A DNA stretch of 9,102 nucleotides from Candidatus Methanoperedens sp. (GTDB lineage Archaea; Halobacteriota; Methanosarcinia; Methanosarcinales; Methanoperedenaceae): contig JAPZAR010000032.1 in the NCBI GenBank assembly GCA_027460535.1, positions 1 to 9,102 of the forward strand, read 5' to 3'. Of the stretch, positions 1 through 6,632 are shown in pieces. The translations under genes and the position numbers were made by a program. The notes under the pieces were generated by a model, which was not told the origin of the DNA, searched no databases, and worked only from the letters and a program-made list of their open reading frames with translations. The first letter of the stretch is position 1, and every line of letters begins with the position of its first letter.

Positions 1-1637
1 ACATTACCCGTGTCATCCGAGGTATTTACGTTTGCATGCAATCCGAATAGGCTTGTATTCGTATAATACCGTGTTGCGTTATTTGAATGACATCCTATGC
101 ATCCACCGGTCGTTGTGGGTGTGGGATCATGAAGTTTCTGCGCCTGTGTACCCGGGACATTGACTCCGTGGCAGCCAGAGCAGTCCGCAGTGACCATGCC
201 TGTTGTATCATGTGGAGGATTTGGCGCTGATACAAATTGAGGAGCTTTCTGGACATGGCAGAGAACGCAATCGGCTTTTGCAGTTCCATCAAACGCATCT
301 CCTAATTCTGTTGTGAGTTCATGGAAAGACGAAGTATTATTTGCCCGAATATCCGCTGATACACTGGAATTTGTGTGGCATGTCCTGCATGTGGCATTTC
401 CATTCCAGCCCGGGTCATCATGATTGAACCGGGGAATTGTCTTGTTCAGAGCAGGGAATGGAGAGCTTGCATTCGGCCCATGGCAATAATCACAATATTT
501 CGATGTTGGAACTGCGGGTCTTTGTGCATAGTGAGAAGTTACGTTGGGGATTCCTGCTCCTGGATTTACTGTGACTTTACTGTGACAATCCAGGCAGGAA
601 TAATTTGTTACAGCAGGCAAGTGCGTGCGAACCTTCGGTGCCTGCGGGGCATCGGGCTGACCGCTCCCTGTGTGGCAGTCAGCGCACTGCCGGATATTGC
701 TTTTGTTCATATCCCTGTTAAAGTGACAGGTCCAGCAATCGCTGTTGTTCACCTGGCCAATTCCATCCGTTGTGTTTATATCGACATGCACACCCTGGCT
801 AAAGGCGGTTTTATTAACATTTCCTTGCAAACCACCGGGAATACCATCCACATGACACGAGATACAATCCTCAAAGACGTTCGTCTCGTTCCTGTAGTAG
901 TTATATATTGGGCCGCTGCCGTGGCACCCGTTACAAAAAACATCGCCCCCCGGGTTTTTATATGCACTGCTGTTAATATACCCGTAAACACCGTTTACAT
1001 CCGAACCATAAGCAATGGCAATGTCGCTCCGTGTCATTTTTGGATAATTTGTTCCATGGACATTATGACAGGCTGGGCAGGATTGATAAGAGGTCCTGTT
1101 ATTCAAACCGGCACCCGGATTGAGGTCAAACATGGCACCTCCATCCCAGTTAAAACTGCCGAAGTCATCCAGATGATCCCAGTGGATATTGACCGGGTAG
1201 TTGCGGAAACCGGCCGGAAGAAGGTTAATGAAATTAGTACCTATGGTTGATACATTGATGGGAGGATTCCTGTGATCAATGTCCTGGAAAAATTCTGGCA
1301 GAACGCCCACAACATTTTTTTCAGTATGGCAGTAATAGCAGAGCGAGAAATTTTGTGAATAATAACCTGTGGTCAGAGGACCGGTAATGTTGCTGCCATT
1401 TAATTGTCTTATGAATTGACCATGATTAGTGTCGTTATGATCAGTAGAATTCACATGGCAGTCAATACATTGAATGATGCTGTGGGGATTCGAATCGTAC
1501 AGGGATTGATTGATCGGCCGTGGATTTGGTGATACATGACACCCCCCATTAAAACAGGCATCATTCGGAGATGCACCGAGAACGCCTGGCACAAAAAAAA
1601 CAAAGAGGAGAGCTAACCCAAGGACAATTACCTTCAT
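1..1637 (-). CDS. Multiheme c-type cytochrome, paralog B (N-terminal 545 codons; 3' end lies beyond the left window edge)
   Basis: This gene is not in the ORF track because no stop codon lies in the window. My manual minus-strand translation from the ATG (1637-1635) is open to position 3: MKVIVLGLALLFVFFVPGVLGASPNDACFNGGCHVSPNPRPINQSLYDSNPHSIIQCIDCH...CIGCHSNNATRYYTNTSLFGLHANVNTSDDTGN. It has a hydrophobic signal-peptide-like N-terminus. It carries 13 CxxCH motifs (CIDCH, CYYCH, CPACH, CNGCH, CISCH, CWTCH, CADCH, CLDCH, CDYCH, CRTCH, CVLCH, CSGCH, CIGCH) and one CFNGGCH. It is colinear with the 836-aa neighbour and roughly 75-85% identical to it by eye. Confidence 0.9.
   Translation of the reverse strand, partial: MKVIVLGLALLFVFFVPGVLGASPNDACFNGGCHVSPNPRPINQSLYDSNPHSIIQCIDCHVNSTDHNDTNHGQFIRQLNGSNITGPLTTGYYSQNFSLCYYCHTEKNVVGVLPEFFQDIDHRNPPINVSTIGTNFINLLPAGFRNYPVNIHWDHLDDFGSFNWDGGAMFDLNPGAGLNNRTSYQSCPACHNVHGTNYPKMTRSDIAIAYGSDVNGVYGYINSSAYKNPGGDVFCNGCHGSGPIYNYYRNETNVFEDCISCHVDGIPGGLQGNVNKTAFSQGVHVDINTTDGIGQVNNSDCWTCHFNRDMNKSNIRQCADCHTGSGQPDAPQAPKVRTHLPAVTNYSCLDCHSKVTVNPGAGIPNVTSHYAQRPAVPTSKYCDYCHGPNASSPFPALNKTIPRFNHDDPGWNGNATCRTCHTNSSVSADIRANNTSSFHELTTELGDAFDGTAKADCVLCHVQKAPQFVSAPNPPHDTTGMVTADCSGCHGVNVPGTQAQKLHDPTPTTTGGCIGCHSNNATRYYTNTSLFGLHANVNTSDDTGN
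3..1574 (-). repeat. Copy 2 of a tandem gene-scale duplication (pairs with 2507-4093)
   Basis: The nucleotide and protein sequence is colinear with 2507-4093. The offset is 2504 nt at the left end and 2519 nt at the right end. The 15-nt difference is explained by five single-codon-scale indels. Confidence 0.85.
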
Positions 1638-1681
1638 TTTGATTTTATTTTGGAGTATTTTTGATTTCCGCATTATCTTCC

Positions 1682-4192
1682 TCATGTAACGGTAAAATTC
1701 GCACTTACAACACCGCTCCAATCGCCATTCAGTGGATAATATGGCTTAGACGTATCAGTCTTTGGTGCTGAAGCCATGCCCTTGACGTTGACGGTATAGT
1801 TGCCCTTGAGCTTTGAAGTATCAATGCTGGCGTTCACTGGCTGGATCGATAAGCTGAATCTCCCGCCGACGGGAGTCATATTTGTCCAGTCAATAATCAC
1901 GCCGGAAGCGTTGGCTACCTGATACTGGGCTGCAGCGATCTGCAACATGTCGTCGGTCACGGTAGCCTGGACTCCAGCGGGAACTCCAGATACGACGGGT
2001 GTGGTTATCGATAAACCCGAGATGGTGGGTGGCGTATTTGAATCTTTGTAAAGTACCGAATGATTATCATTTACAGGGAAACTCAGATTCGTCGAGTGAC
2101 AACCTTTACATCCAAGTATTCCGAAAACTGAATGCTTGGGTAACGTATCTATTTTTATTCCCGGCGCATGGAAGGGCAGATCAGGGAGATTGGCATTCTG
2201 GTGGCAGGTCAAACAGTTAATTCCAGAGGCCGTACCTTTTGGCCCGTTGGGGTGGTATTTTAATGTACCATTTAATGGTCGCGGCAGGGGGTCACCTGCG
2301 ATATGGCACCACTTGCAATCCGCTGAACCATGCCTTAAATTATTTTTCATCAGACCGGGGTCTGTGGGTTTGATCGGTCCTGTACCCGCGGCCGTGTGAC
2401 AGTCGTCACAGAAATAAGTATTGTTTTGATTCGCTGCCCCCAGTACCATTCTCATTGTTCCATTCGCCGAACCAAAGTGGCACGTCCTGCAATCGTCATC
2501 TGTAAGGTTATTCAAACCATCAGTATTATTGACGTTCGCATGCTTTCCGAACAAACTCATATTTACATAATATGTCCTTGAGCTGTTTGAATGACATGCT
2601 ATGCATCTGGTGGTCGTGATCTCAGTCACGCTATGGAGTTTTTGCGGCTGTGTACCATTGAGTCCAAGCCCGTGGCATTCATAGCAGTCCGCAGCGGCCA
2701 TGCCTGTAGTGTCATGTGAGGGATCGGGTGCCGATACAAATTGAGGGGCTTTCTGGATATGGCAAAGTACACAGTCGGCCTTTACCGTTCCATTGAATGT
2801 ATCCCCCAGTTCAGTTGTCATATCATGGAAAGAGGAAATATCATTAGCCAGAGGGTCCGCTGATACGCTGGAATTTGTATGGCATGTCCTGCATGTTGCA
2901 TCGGCATTCCAGTCGGGGTCATTATGCGAAAACTCAGGGATCGTCTTATTTACGGCAGGGAATGGAGAGCTCGCATTCGGTCCGTGGCAATAATCACAAT
3001 AGTTCGACGTCGGTACAATGGGTCTCAGTGCATAGTGGGAAGTTATATTGGGGATCCCCGCTCCGGGATTTATTATGGTTTTACTATGACAATCCATACA
3101 GGAATAGTTGGTAACAGCAGGCAAATGTGAATGAATCCTGGGTGCCTGCGGAGCCTCATATGTGCCGTTGCGCGTATGGCAGTCAGCGCACTGCCAGATA
3201 TTGCTCCTGTTCATATCCCTGTTAAAGTGACATGCCCAGCAGTCGCTATTATTCACAAGGCCAATTCCATCCGTTGTGTTTATATCGACATGCATACCCT
3301 GGCTAAAGGCGGTTCTATTAACATTTCCTTGCAAACCACCGGAAATACCATCCACATGGCACGATACACAATCCTCAAAAACGTTCGTTTCATTTCTGTA
3401 ATATTTATAGAACATGCCGTAAGAATGGCATCCATTACAGAATACATCCCCGCCCGGTAATTTGTATTCATAGCTATTAATATATCCAAAGTTTCCAATG
3501 GCATCAGAACCATAAGTAATTGCCAGGTCTTCTCTGGTCATTCTGGGAAAGTTCGTTCCATGGACATTATGACAGGCAGGGCAGGACTCGCGGGAAGACC
3601 TGTTATTGGTCAAGTTCGCACCGGGGTCCAGGTCAAACAGAGCTCCCACGCCCCAGCGTAAACTCCCGAAATCATCCAGGTGATCCCAGTGAATATTTGT
3701 GGGGTAATTTCCTCCGAAACTATAACCAGCCGAAAGATTATTGATGAAATTAGTACCAATATTTGAGACATTGACGGGAGGATTCCTGTGATCAATATCC
3801 ATGACATATCCCGGCAGAACGCCCACGACATTCTTTTCAGCATGGCAATAGTAACACAGGGAGAAATTCTGGGAATAATAACTTGAGGTCAGAGGACCGG
3901 TAATATTGCTGCCATTTAACTGCCTGATAAAAATGCCATGATTCGAGTCATTGACAGGATCGGTAGAGTTCACATGGCAGTCGATACACTTAATTATGCT
4001 ATGGGCATTAGAATTGTAAAGAGACTGGTTGATAGGCCGCGGATTTGGGGATACATGGCACCCCCCATTGAAACAGGCATCGTTCGGGGATGCGCTTGAA
4101 ACGCCCTGAATTGAGAATACGACAAAAGTAAATACAACCAAAAATATTCCTATTATTCCCATACTTTGCTGGAATATCTTTAATTTGCACAT
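1682..4192 (-). CDS. Secreted multiheme c-type cytochrome, paralog A (836 aa; 18 CxxCH + 1 CxxxxCH; heme-free C-terminal domain)
   Basis: This is the 836-aa ORF from the track. The N-terminus, MCKLKIFQQSMGIIGIFLVVFTFVVFSIQGVSSAS, looks like a signal peptide or anchor. An alternative start is M11 at 4162. I count 18 CxxCH heme-binding motifs plus CFNGGCH near the N-terminus, and about 37 N-x-S/T sequons. The last 137 aa (1685-2095) have no Cys or heme motif and look beta-rich. An SD-like AGGATAGGA lies just upstream of the ATG on the minus strand. Only 44 nt, with no T-run, separate its stop (1682-1684) from the paralog B start, which suggests co-transcription. Confidence 0.93.
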   Translation of the reverse strand: MCKLKIFQQSMGIIGIFLVVFTFVVFSIQGVSSASPNDACFNGGCHVSPNPRPINQSLYNSNAHSIIKCIDCHVNSTDPVNDSNHGIFIRQLNGSNITGPLTSSYYSQNFSLCYYCHAEKNVVGVLPGYVMDIDHRNPPVNVSNIGTNFINNLSAGYSFGGNYPTNIHWDHLDDFGSLRWGVGALFDLDPGANLTNNRSSRESCPACHNVHGTNFPRMTREDLAITYGSDAIGNFGYINSYEYKLPGGDVFCNGCHSYGMFYKYYRNETNVFEDCVSCHVDGISGGLQGNVNRTAFSQGMHVDINTTDGIGLVNNSDCWACHFNRDMNRSNIWQCADCHTRNGTYEAPQAPRIHSHLPAVTNYSCMDCHSKTIINPGAGIPNITSHYALRPIVPTSNYCDYCHGPNASSPFPAVNKTIPEFSHNDPDWNADATCRTCHTNSSVSADPLANDISSFHDMTTELGDTFNGTVKADCVLCHIQKAPQFVSAPDPSHDTTGMAAADCYECHGLGLNGTQPQKLHSVTEITTTRCIACHSNSSRTYYVNMSLFGKHANVNNTDGLNNLTDDDCRTCHFGSANGTMRMVLGAANQNNTYFCDDCHTAAGTGPIKPTDPGLMKNNLRHGSADCKWCHIAGDPLPRPLNGTLKYHPNGPKGTASGINCLTCHQNANLPDLPFHAPGIKIDTLPKHSVFGILGCKGCHSTNLSFPVNDNHSVLYKDSNTPPTISGLSITTPVVSGVPAGVQATVTDDMLQIAAAQYQVANASGVIIDWTNMTPVGGRFSLSIQPVNASIDTSKLKGNYTVNVKGMASAPKTDTSKPYYPLNGDWSGVVSANFTVT
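2507..4093 (-). repeat. Copy 1 of a tandem gene-scale duplication (pairs with 3-1574)
   Basis: See the paired feature. The duplication also explains why the plus-strand shadow ORFs at 375-1250 and 2879-3460 resemble each other. Confidence 0.85.
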
Positions 4193-4336
4193 TAGCGTCC
4201 TATCCTAATTGATAGTGTTTAATTTACAGGAAAATAAAACTTTCTCATGATTTTTTATTAAATATACGATAATGATAATTATAGCAGCATTTAAGGAATT
4301 CTTATTGTCATCATTGAACCAATGTCATCCCTGGCC
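4193..4336 (-). promoter_or_regulatory. AT-rich upstream region of the cytochrome operon (candidate archaeal TATA boxes; exact TSS unknown)
   Basis: This is the most AT-rich stretch of the window. On the minus strand it reads ...GCTATAATTATCATTATCGTATATTTAATAAAAAATCATGAGAAAGTTTTATTTTCC... about 40-90 nt upstream of the ATG at 4192. It contains several TATA-like octamers, and I cannot choose between them. Confidence 0.4.
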
Positions 4337-4354
4337 CCAGCCCCCGCATGTCCT

Positions 4355-4399
4355 AAAGCACCCTATTTATATATCCCGCGTTATATCTAAGAGCAGAAC
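4355..4399 (+). promoter_or_regulatory. wecB promoter block, repeat copy 1 (TATA box TTTATATA at 4366-4373)
   Basis: The 45-nt block AAAGCACCCTATTTATATATCCCGCGTTATATCTAAGAGCAGAAC lies directly before the ATG at 4400. The TATA box begins 34 nt upstream of the ATG, which implies a very short or absent leader. There is one mismatch to copies 3 and 4. Confidence 0.6.
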
Positions 4400-4519
4400 A
4401 TGAAGCTCATCTCCATAGTGGGCGCCCGTCCCCAGTTCATCAAGTGCGCGCCGCTGTCCCGGGAACTGCGGAGGGAGCATAAGGAGATACCGATGCACAC
4501 GGGGCAATACTGCGACTGA
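4400..4519 (+). pseudogene. wecB: UDP-GlcNAc 2-epimerase (wecB-like) 5' stub, 39 codons then stop
   Basis: The translation is [39 protein letters not shown]. The first ~60 nt are identical to copy 4 (8670 onward). Similarity to the full gene ends at about 4516. Confidence 0.8.
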
Positions 4520-4553
4520 AGGAAACACCGTTCTAATCAGGCTGTGGCATGTC

Positions 4554-4802
4554 ATGTGGTTGAAAGAGATCATCTGGATTGAAAAGTTCAAATCAAAGAT
4601 AGAGGTGAAGCATAATGTTACCGGTGAAGAAGTCGAAGAGGCCTTGCTCTCAAATGGTTTATTTCGCCGTGCACAGCGAGGTAGAGTGAAAGGAGAAGAT
4701 ATTTATGGTGCATATGGTCGAACTCATTCAGGGCGGTATCTTTTTATAGTATTCATTTATAAATCACCTATGATAGCACTCATAATATCTGCAAGAATAT
4801 GA
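4554..4802 (+). CDS. brnT: BrnT-like (DUF497) ribonuclease toxin, C-terminus apparently frameshifted
   Basis: This is an 82-aa ORF. IIWIEKFKSKIEVKHNVTGEEVEEAL...GRTHSGRYLFIVFIYKSPMIALIISARI fits the DUF497/BrnT pattern as I remember it (W.e.K....KH.V..eE.e ... GR.l.vv ... iISAR). It is followed by a BrnA-like gene. The expected tail (..ER..Y) is encoded in the -1 frame at 4799-4843. Confidence 0.72.
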   Translation: MWLKEIIWIEKFKSKIEVKHNVTGEEVEEALLSNGLFRRAQRGRVKGEDIYGAYGRTHSGRYLFIVFIYKSPMIALIISARI

Positions 4803-4826
4803 CAGTTCAAGAGCGGAAATACTACA

Positions 4827-5090
4827 ATGCCAAAAAAAGTTAAGAAAATACCGGAAGAGTTTAAAACATACGAAGAAGCTGCAGAGTTCTGGGATACCCA
4901 TAACAGCGCAGACTATCTGGATGAATTTGAAGATGTGGAAATTAAGGTCGACATTCAGAAAAGACATTATCTAATAGAATTGGATTCCAGAACAGCAGAA
5001 TTGCTTCAGGAATTGGCGAGGAAAAAAGGAGTTTCTGTCAATTATCTTGCAAATGAATTGCTACAGGGTCAACTTGCAGAAGCGGAATAA
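4827..5090 (+). CDS. brnA: BrnA-like antitoxin (N-terminal FWDTH block, C-terminal ribbon-helix-helix-like region)
   Basis: This is an 87-aa ORF. EEAAEFWDTHNSADYLDE is the block typical of BrnA-type antitoxins. The C-terminal IELDSRTAELLQELARKKGVSVNYLANELL looks RHH/CopG-like. The gene lies immediately downstream of brnT. Confidence 0.75.
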   Translation: MPKKVKKIPEEFKTYEEAAEFWDTHNSADYLDEFEDVEIKVDIQKRHYLIELDSRTAELLQELARKKGVSVNYLANELLQGQLAEAE

Positions 5091-5102
5091 CCTTAATATA
5101 TT

Positions 5103-5125
5103 TATCCAATTGGATATGGTTTTTT
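5103..5125 (+). terminator. Palindrome plus oligo-T tract after brnA
   Basis: A perfect 14-nt palindrome, TATCCAATTGGATA (5103-5116), is followed by TGG and TTTTTT (5120-5125). It lies 13 nt after the brnA stop. Oligo-T tracts are the usual archaeal termination signal. Confidence 0.45.
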
Positions 5126-5225
5126 ATGATTTTTGAATTTATGTGCGATGGGGACGACAATTTACTGCAGATGAACGCTCCGAGTCGCGCCTCGGGAGGC
5201 GCAACCACAAGCCTCCGCATGTTCA

Positions 5226-5270
5226 AAAGCGCCCTATTTATATATCCCGCGTTATATCTAAAAGCAGAAC
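5226..5270 (+). promoter_or_regulatory. wecB promoter block, repeat copy 2 (TATA 5237-5244)
   Basis: The block AAAGCGCCCTATTTATATATCCCGCGTTATATCTAAAAGCAGAAC has one mismatch to copies 3 and 4. The shared upstream extension GCAACCACAAGCCTCCGCATGTTCA (5201 onward) matches 8600 onward. Confidence 0.55.
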
Positions 5271-5461
5271 ATGAAAATCATCTCAATCGTGTGGCTCCCC
5301 CTCAGTTCATCAAGTGCGCGCCGCTATCACGCGAACTGCGGAAGGAGCATGAGGAGATACTTGTGCATACTGGGCAGCATTATGACCATGAATTATCTGA
5401 CATATTATTATCTGATATATTCTTTGAGGAGCCGGATGTACCGAAGCCTGACTCGGAATAG
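5271..5461 (+). pseudogene. wecB: wecB-like 5' fragment with 1-nt deletion (frameshift), 15-nt tandem duplication and truncation
   Basis: After MKIISIV the sequence GTGTGGCTCCCCCTCAGTTC (20 nt) replaces GTGGGCGCCCGCCCCCAGTTC (21 nt). The epimerase sequence continues in another frame: [56 protein letters not shown]. Similarity to the full gene stops at about 5450. Confidence 0.8.
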
Positions 5462-5702
5462 GTTCTGGACTTTGTAAACAAGATCCATGTCAGTCCATCG
5501 AGCCAAGAAATCTAGCAGTCTTTAAATATAAATATAACATAAAAAGTATTTAATGAAAAAACCGGAGGATGAAGCTGCGCAACGATTATTTAAAGCAAGG
5601 GCATGCTTTTTTTGATGACCTGTATACTAAAGGAAATCGAGGAAGGATTTAAGGTTCATAATGATGACAATATAATATTTGGTTTCTTGAGGTGACGATG
5701 GA

Positions 5703-6128
5703 ATGATGAAAAAGAAACTTGTATCTAGAGCCAGCAATGATGAAATTGGAAAGGCAGTATCCGGGCTGAAAAAATTTGGATTTGTTCACTCGATTATCCT
5801 TTTTGGCTCACAGGCTAAGAGGACCGAAAGGACAGATAGCGATGTGGATTTATGTATCATACCGGAGCCGCATGTGGATGTGAGTTTAAAGGAGAGAATT
5901 GCCCTTAATAATGCAGTACCAGAACACATAGATATCTCCTTGTTTGGTGAATTGCCTGTATATATGCGCAAACGGGTTTTTCTTGAAGGGAAGGTGCTTT
6001 ACACGGAAGACCCCTATTACATATTGACCCTTGCAAAGGAAAATGATCTCGAATACTCCAGATACCAAAAGATGAAAAAAGACTACCATAAAGGTGTTAT
6101 GAAGCGTGTCAGGTTAAGGTTGGGATGA
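5703..6128 (+). CDS. mntA: Minimal nucleotidyltransferase (MNT) antitoxin, MntA-like
   Basis: This is a 141-aa ORF. ILFGSQAKRTERTDSDVDLCII is the GS...D.D nucleotidyltransferase-fold signature. An SD-like GAGGTGA (5689-5695) lies 7 nt upstream of the ATG. There is a 4-nt ATGA overlap with the downstream HEPN gene. Confidence 0.85.
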   Translation: MMKKKLVSRASNDEIGKAVSGLKKFGFVHSIILFGSQAKRTERTDSDVDLCIIPEPHVDVSLKERIALNNAVPEHIDISLFGELPVYMRKRVFLEGKVLYTEDPYYILTLAKENDLEYSRYQKMKKDYHKGVMKRVRLRLG

Positions 6129-6568
6129 TTGATTTGGACAGCGAAAGGCTTATTGAAAAAATGGATGAACTGGAAAGGTACCTGAGAGAGCTTGAGGAAT
6201 ACATTCCTCCGGATGAAGAGGATTATTTAAAAAGCGGGATGAGGAAAAGGGCATGTGAAAGGGCATTCCAGTTGGCAAGCGAGAACTTATTGGATATCTG
6301 CAACTTAATAATATCGGAGGAAGGGTTCGGAATACCTGCCGACAGTAAAGATACGGTACGAAAGCTTGGCGAGCATGGTATAATATCAAAATCGCTGGCA
6401 TCCAGACTTGAAGAGCTTATCGGATTTCGAAATCTGCTTGTTCATCAGTATGGAAGAGTGGATGATTCCAGAGCATACAATTATCTGTATGAAGATTCAA
6501 AAGATTTTTATGAATTCCTTGAAGTTATTGAAAAATATATTAATTCCAAAAGTGAATCAGAAAATTAA
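6125..6568 (+). CDS. hepT: HEPN-domain (DUF86) RNase toxin, HepT-like
   Basis: This is a 147-aa ORF. FRNLLVHQY matches the R-x4-H-x-Y HEPN/DUF86 active-site motif. The gene is translationally coupled to the MNT gene through the ATGA at 6125-6128. Confidence 0.88.
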   Translation: MIDLDSERLIEKMDELERYLRELEEYIPPDEEDYLKSGMRKRACERAFQLASENLLDICNLIISEEGFGIPADSKDTVRKLGEHGIISKSLASRLEELIGFRNLLVHQYGRVDDSRAYNYLYEDSKDFYEFLEVIEKYINSKSESEN

Positions 6569-6587
6569 AAGGATCGCCTGAATAATA

Positions 6588-6632
6588 AAAGCGCCCTATT
6601 TATATATCCCGCGTTATATCTAAGAGCAGAAC
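6588..6632 (+). promoter_or_regulatory. wecB promoter block, repeat copy 3 (TATA 6599-6606)
   Basis: The block AAAGCGCCCTATTTATATATCCCGCGTTATATCTAAGAGCAGAAC is identical to copy 4. It starts only 19 nt after the hepT stop. Confidence 0.6.

Noticed and set aside
375-1250. 291-aa plus-strand ORF, the second-longest ORF in the supplied track.
   Set aside because: It is the antisense shadow of cytochrome paralog B. The minus strand encodes a colinear, CxxCH-rich protein with a signal peptide. The plus-strand product is Cys/Ile/Val-rich with no recognisable motif. The equivalent antisense frame in paralog A is broken into several pieces (2879-3130, 3131-3460), so that frame is not conserved.
1999-3843. 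Numerous 60-110-aa ORFs on both strands inside the 836-aa cytochrome gene (for example 2136-2399, 2396-2581, 2793-2993, 2875-3114, 3280-3513, 3520-3744, 3610-3843).
   Set aside because: All overlap the strongly supported cytochrome CDS in other frames and have no motifs. Their paralog-like similarity to ORFs at 375-1250 and 776-991 is a by-product of the gene duplication.
4367-4591. 74-aa minus-strand ORF spanning the promoter block, wecB stub 1 and the brnT start.
   Set aside because: It is antisense to three better-supported plus-strand features, crosses a TATA-box promoter, and has no motifs.
5126-5461. 111-aa ORF that looks like a novel N-terminal extension fused to an epimerase fragment.
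   Set aside because: It is a read-through artefact. It starts in the spacer, crosses the promoter block including the TATA box, and only becomes epimerase-like after the 1-nt deletion in fragment 2 shifts the frame.
5553-5615. 20-codon ORF MKKPEDEAAQRLFKARACFF* upstream of mntA, as a possible remnant of another HEPN or antitoxin gene or a leader peptide.
   Set aside because: It is too short and has no diagnostic motif. It lies in an AT-rich promoter-like leader, and I cannot distinguish it from chance.
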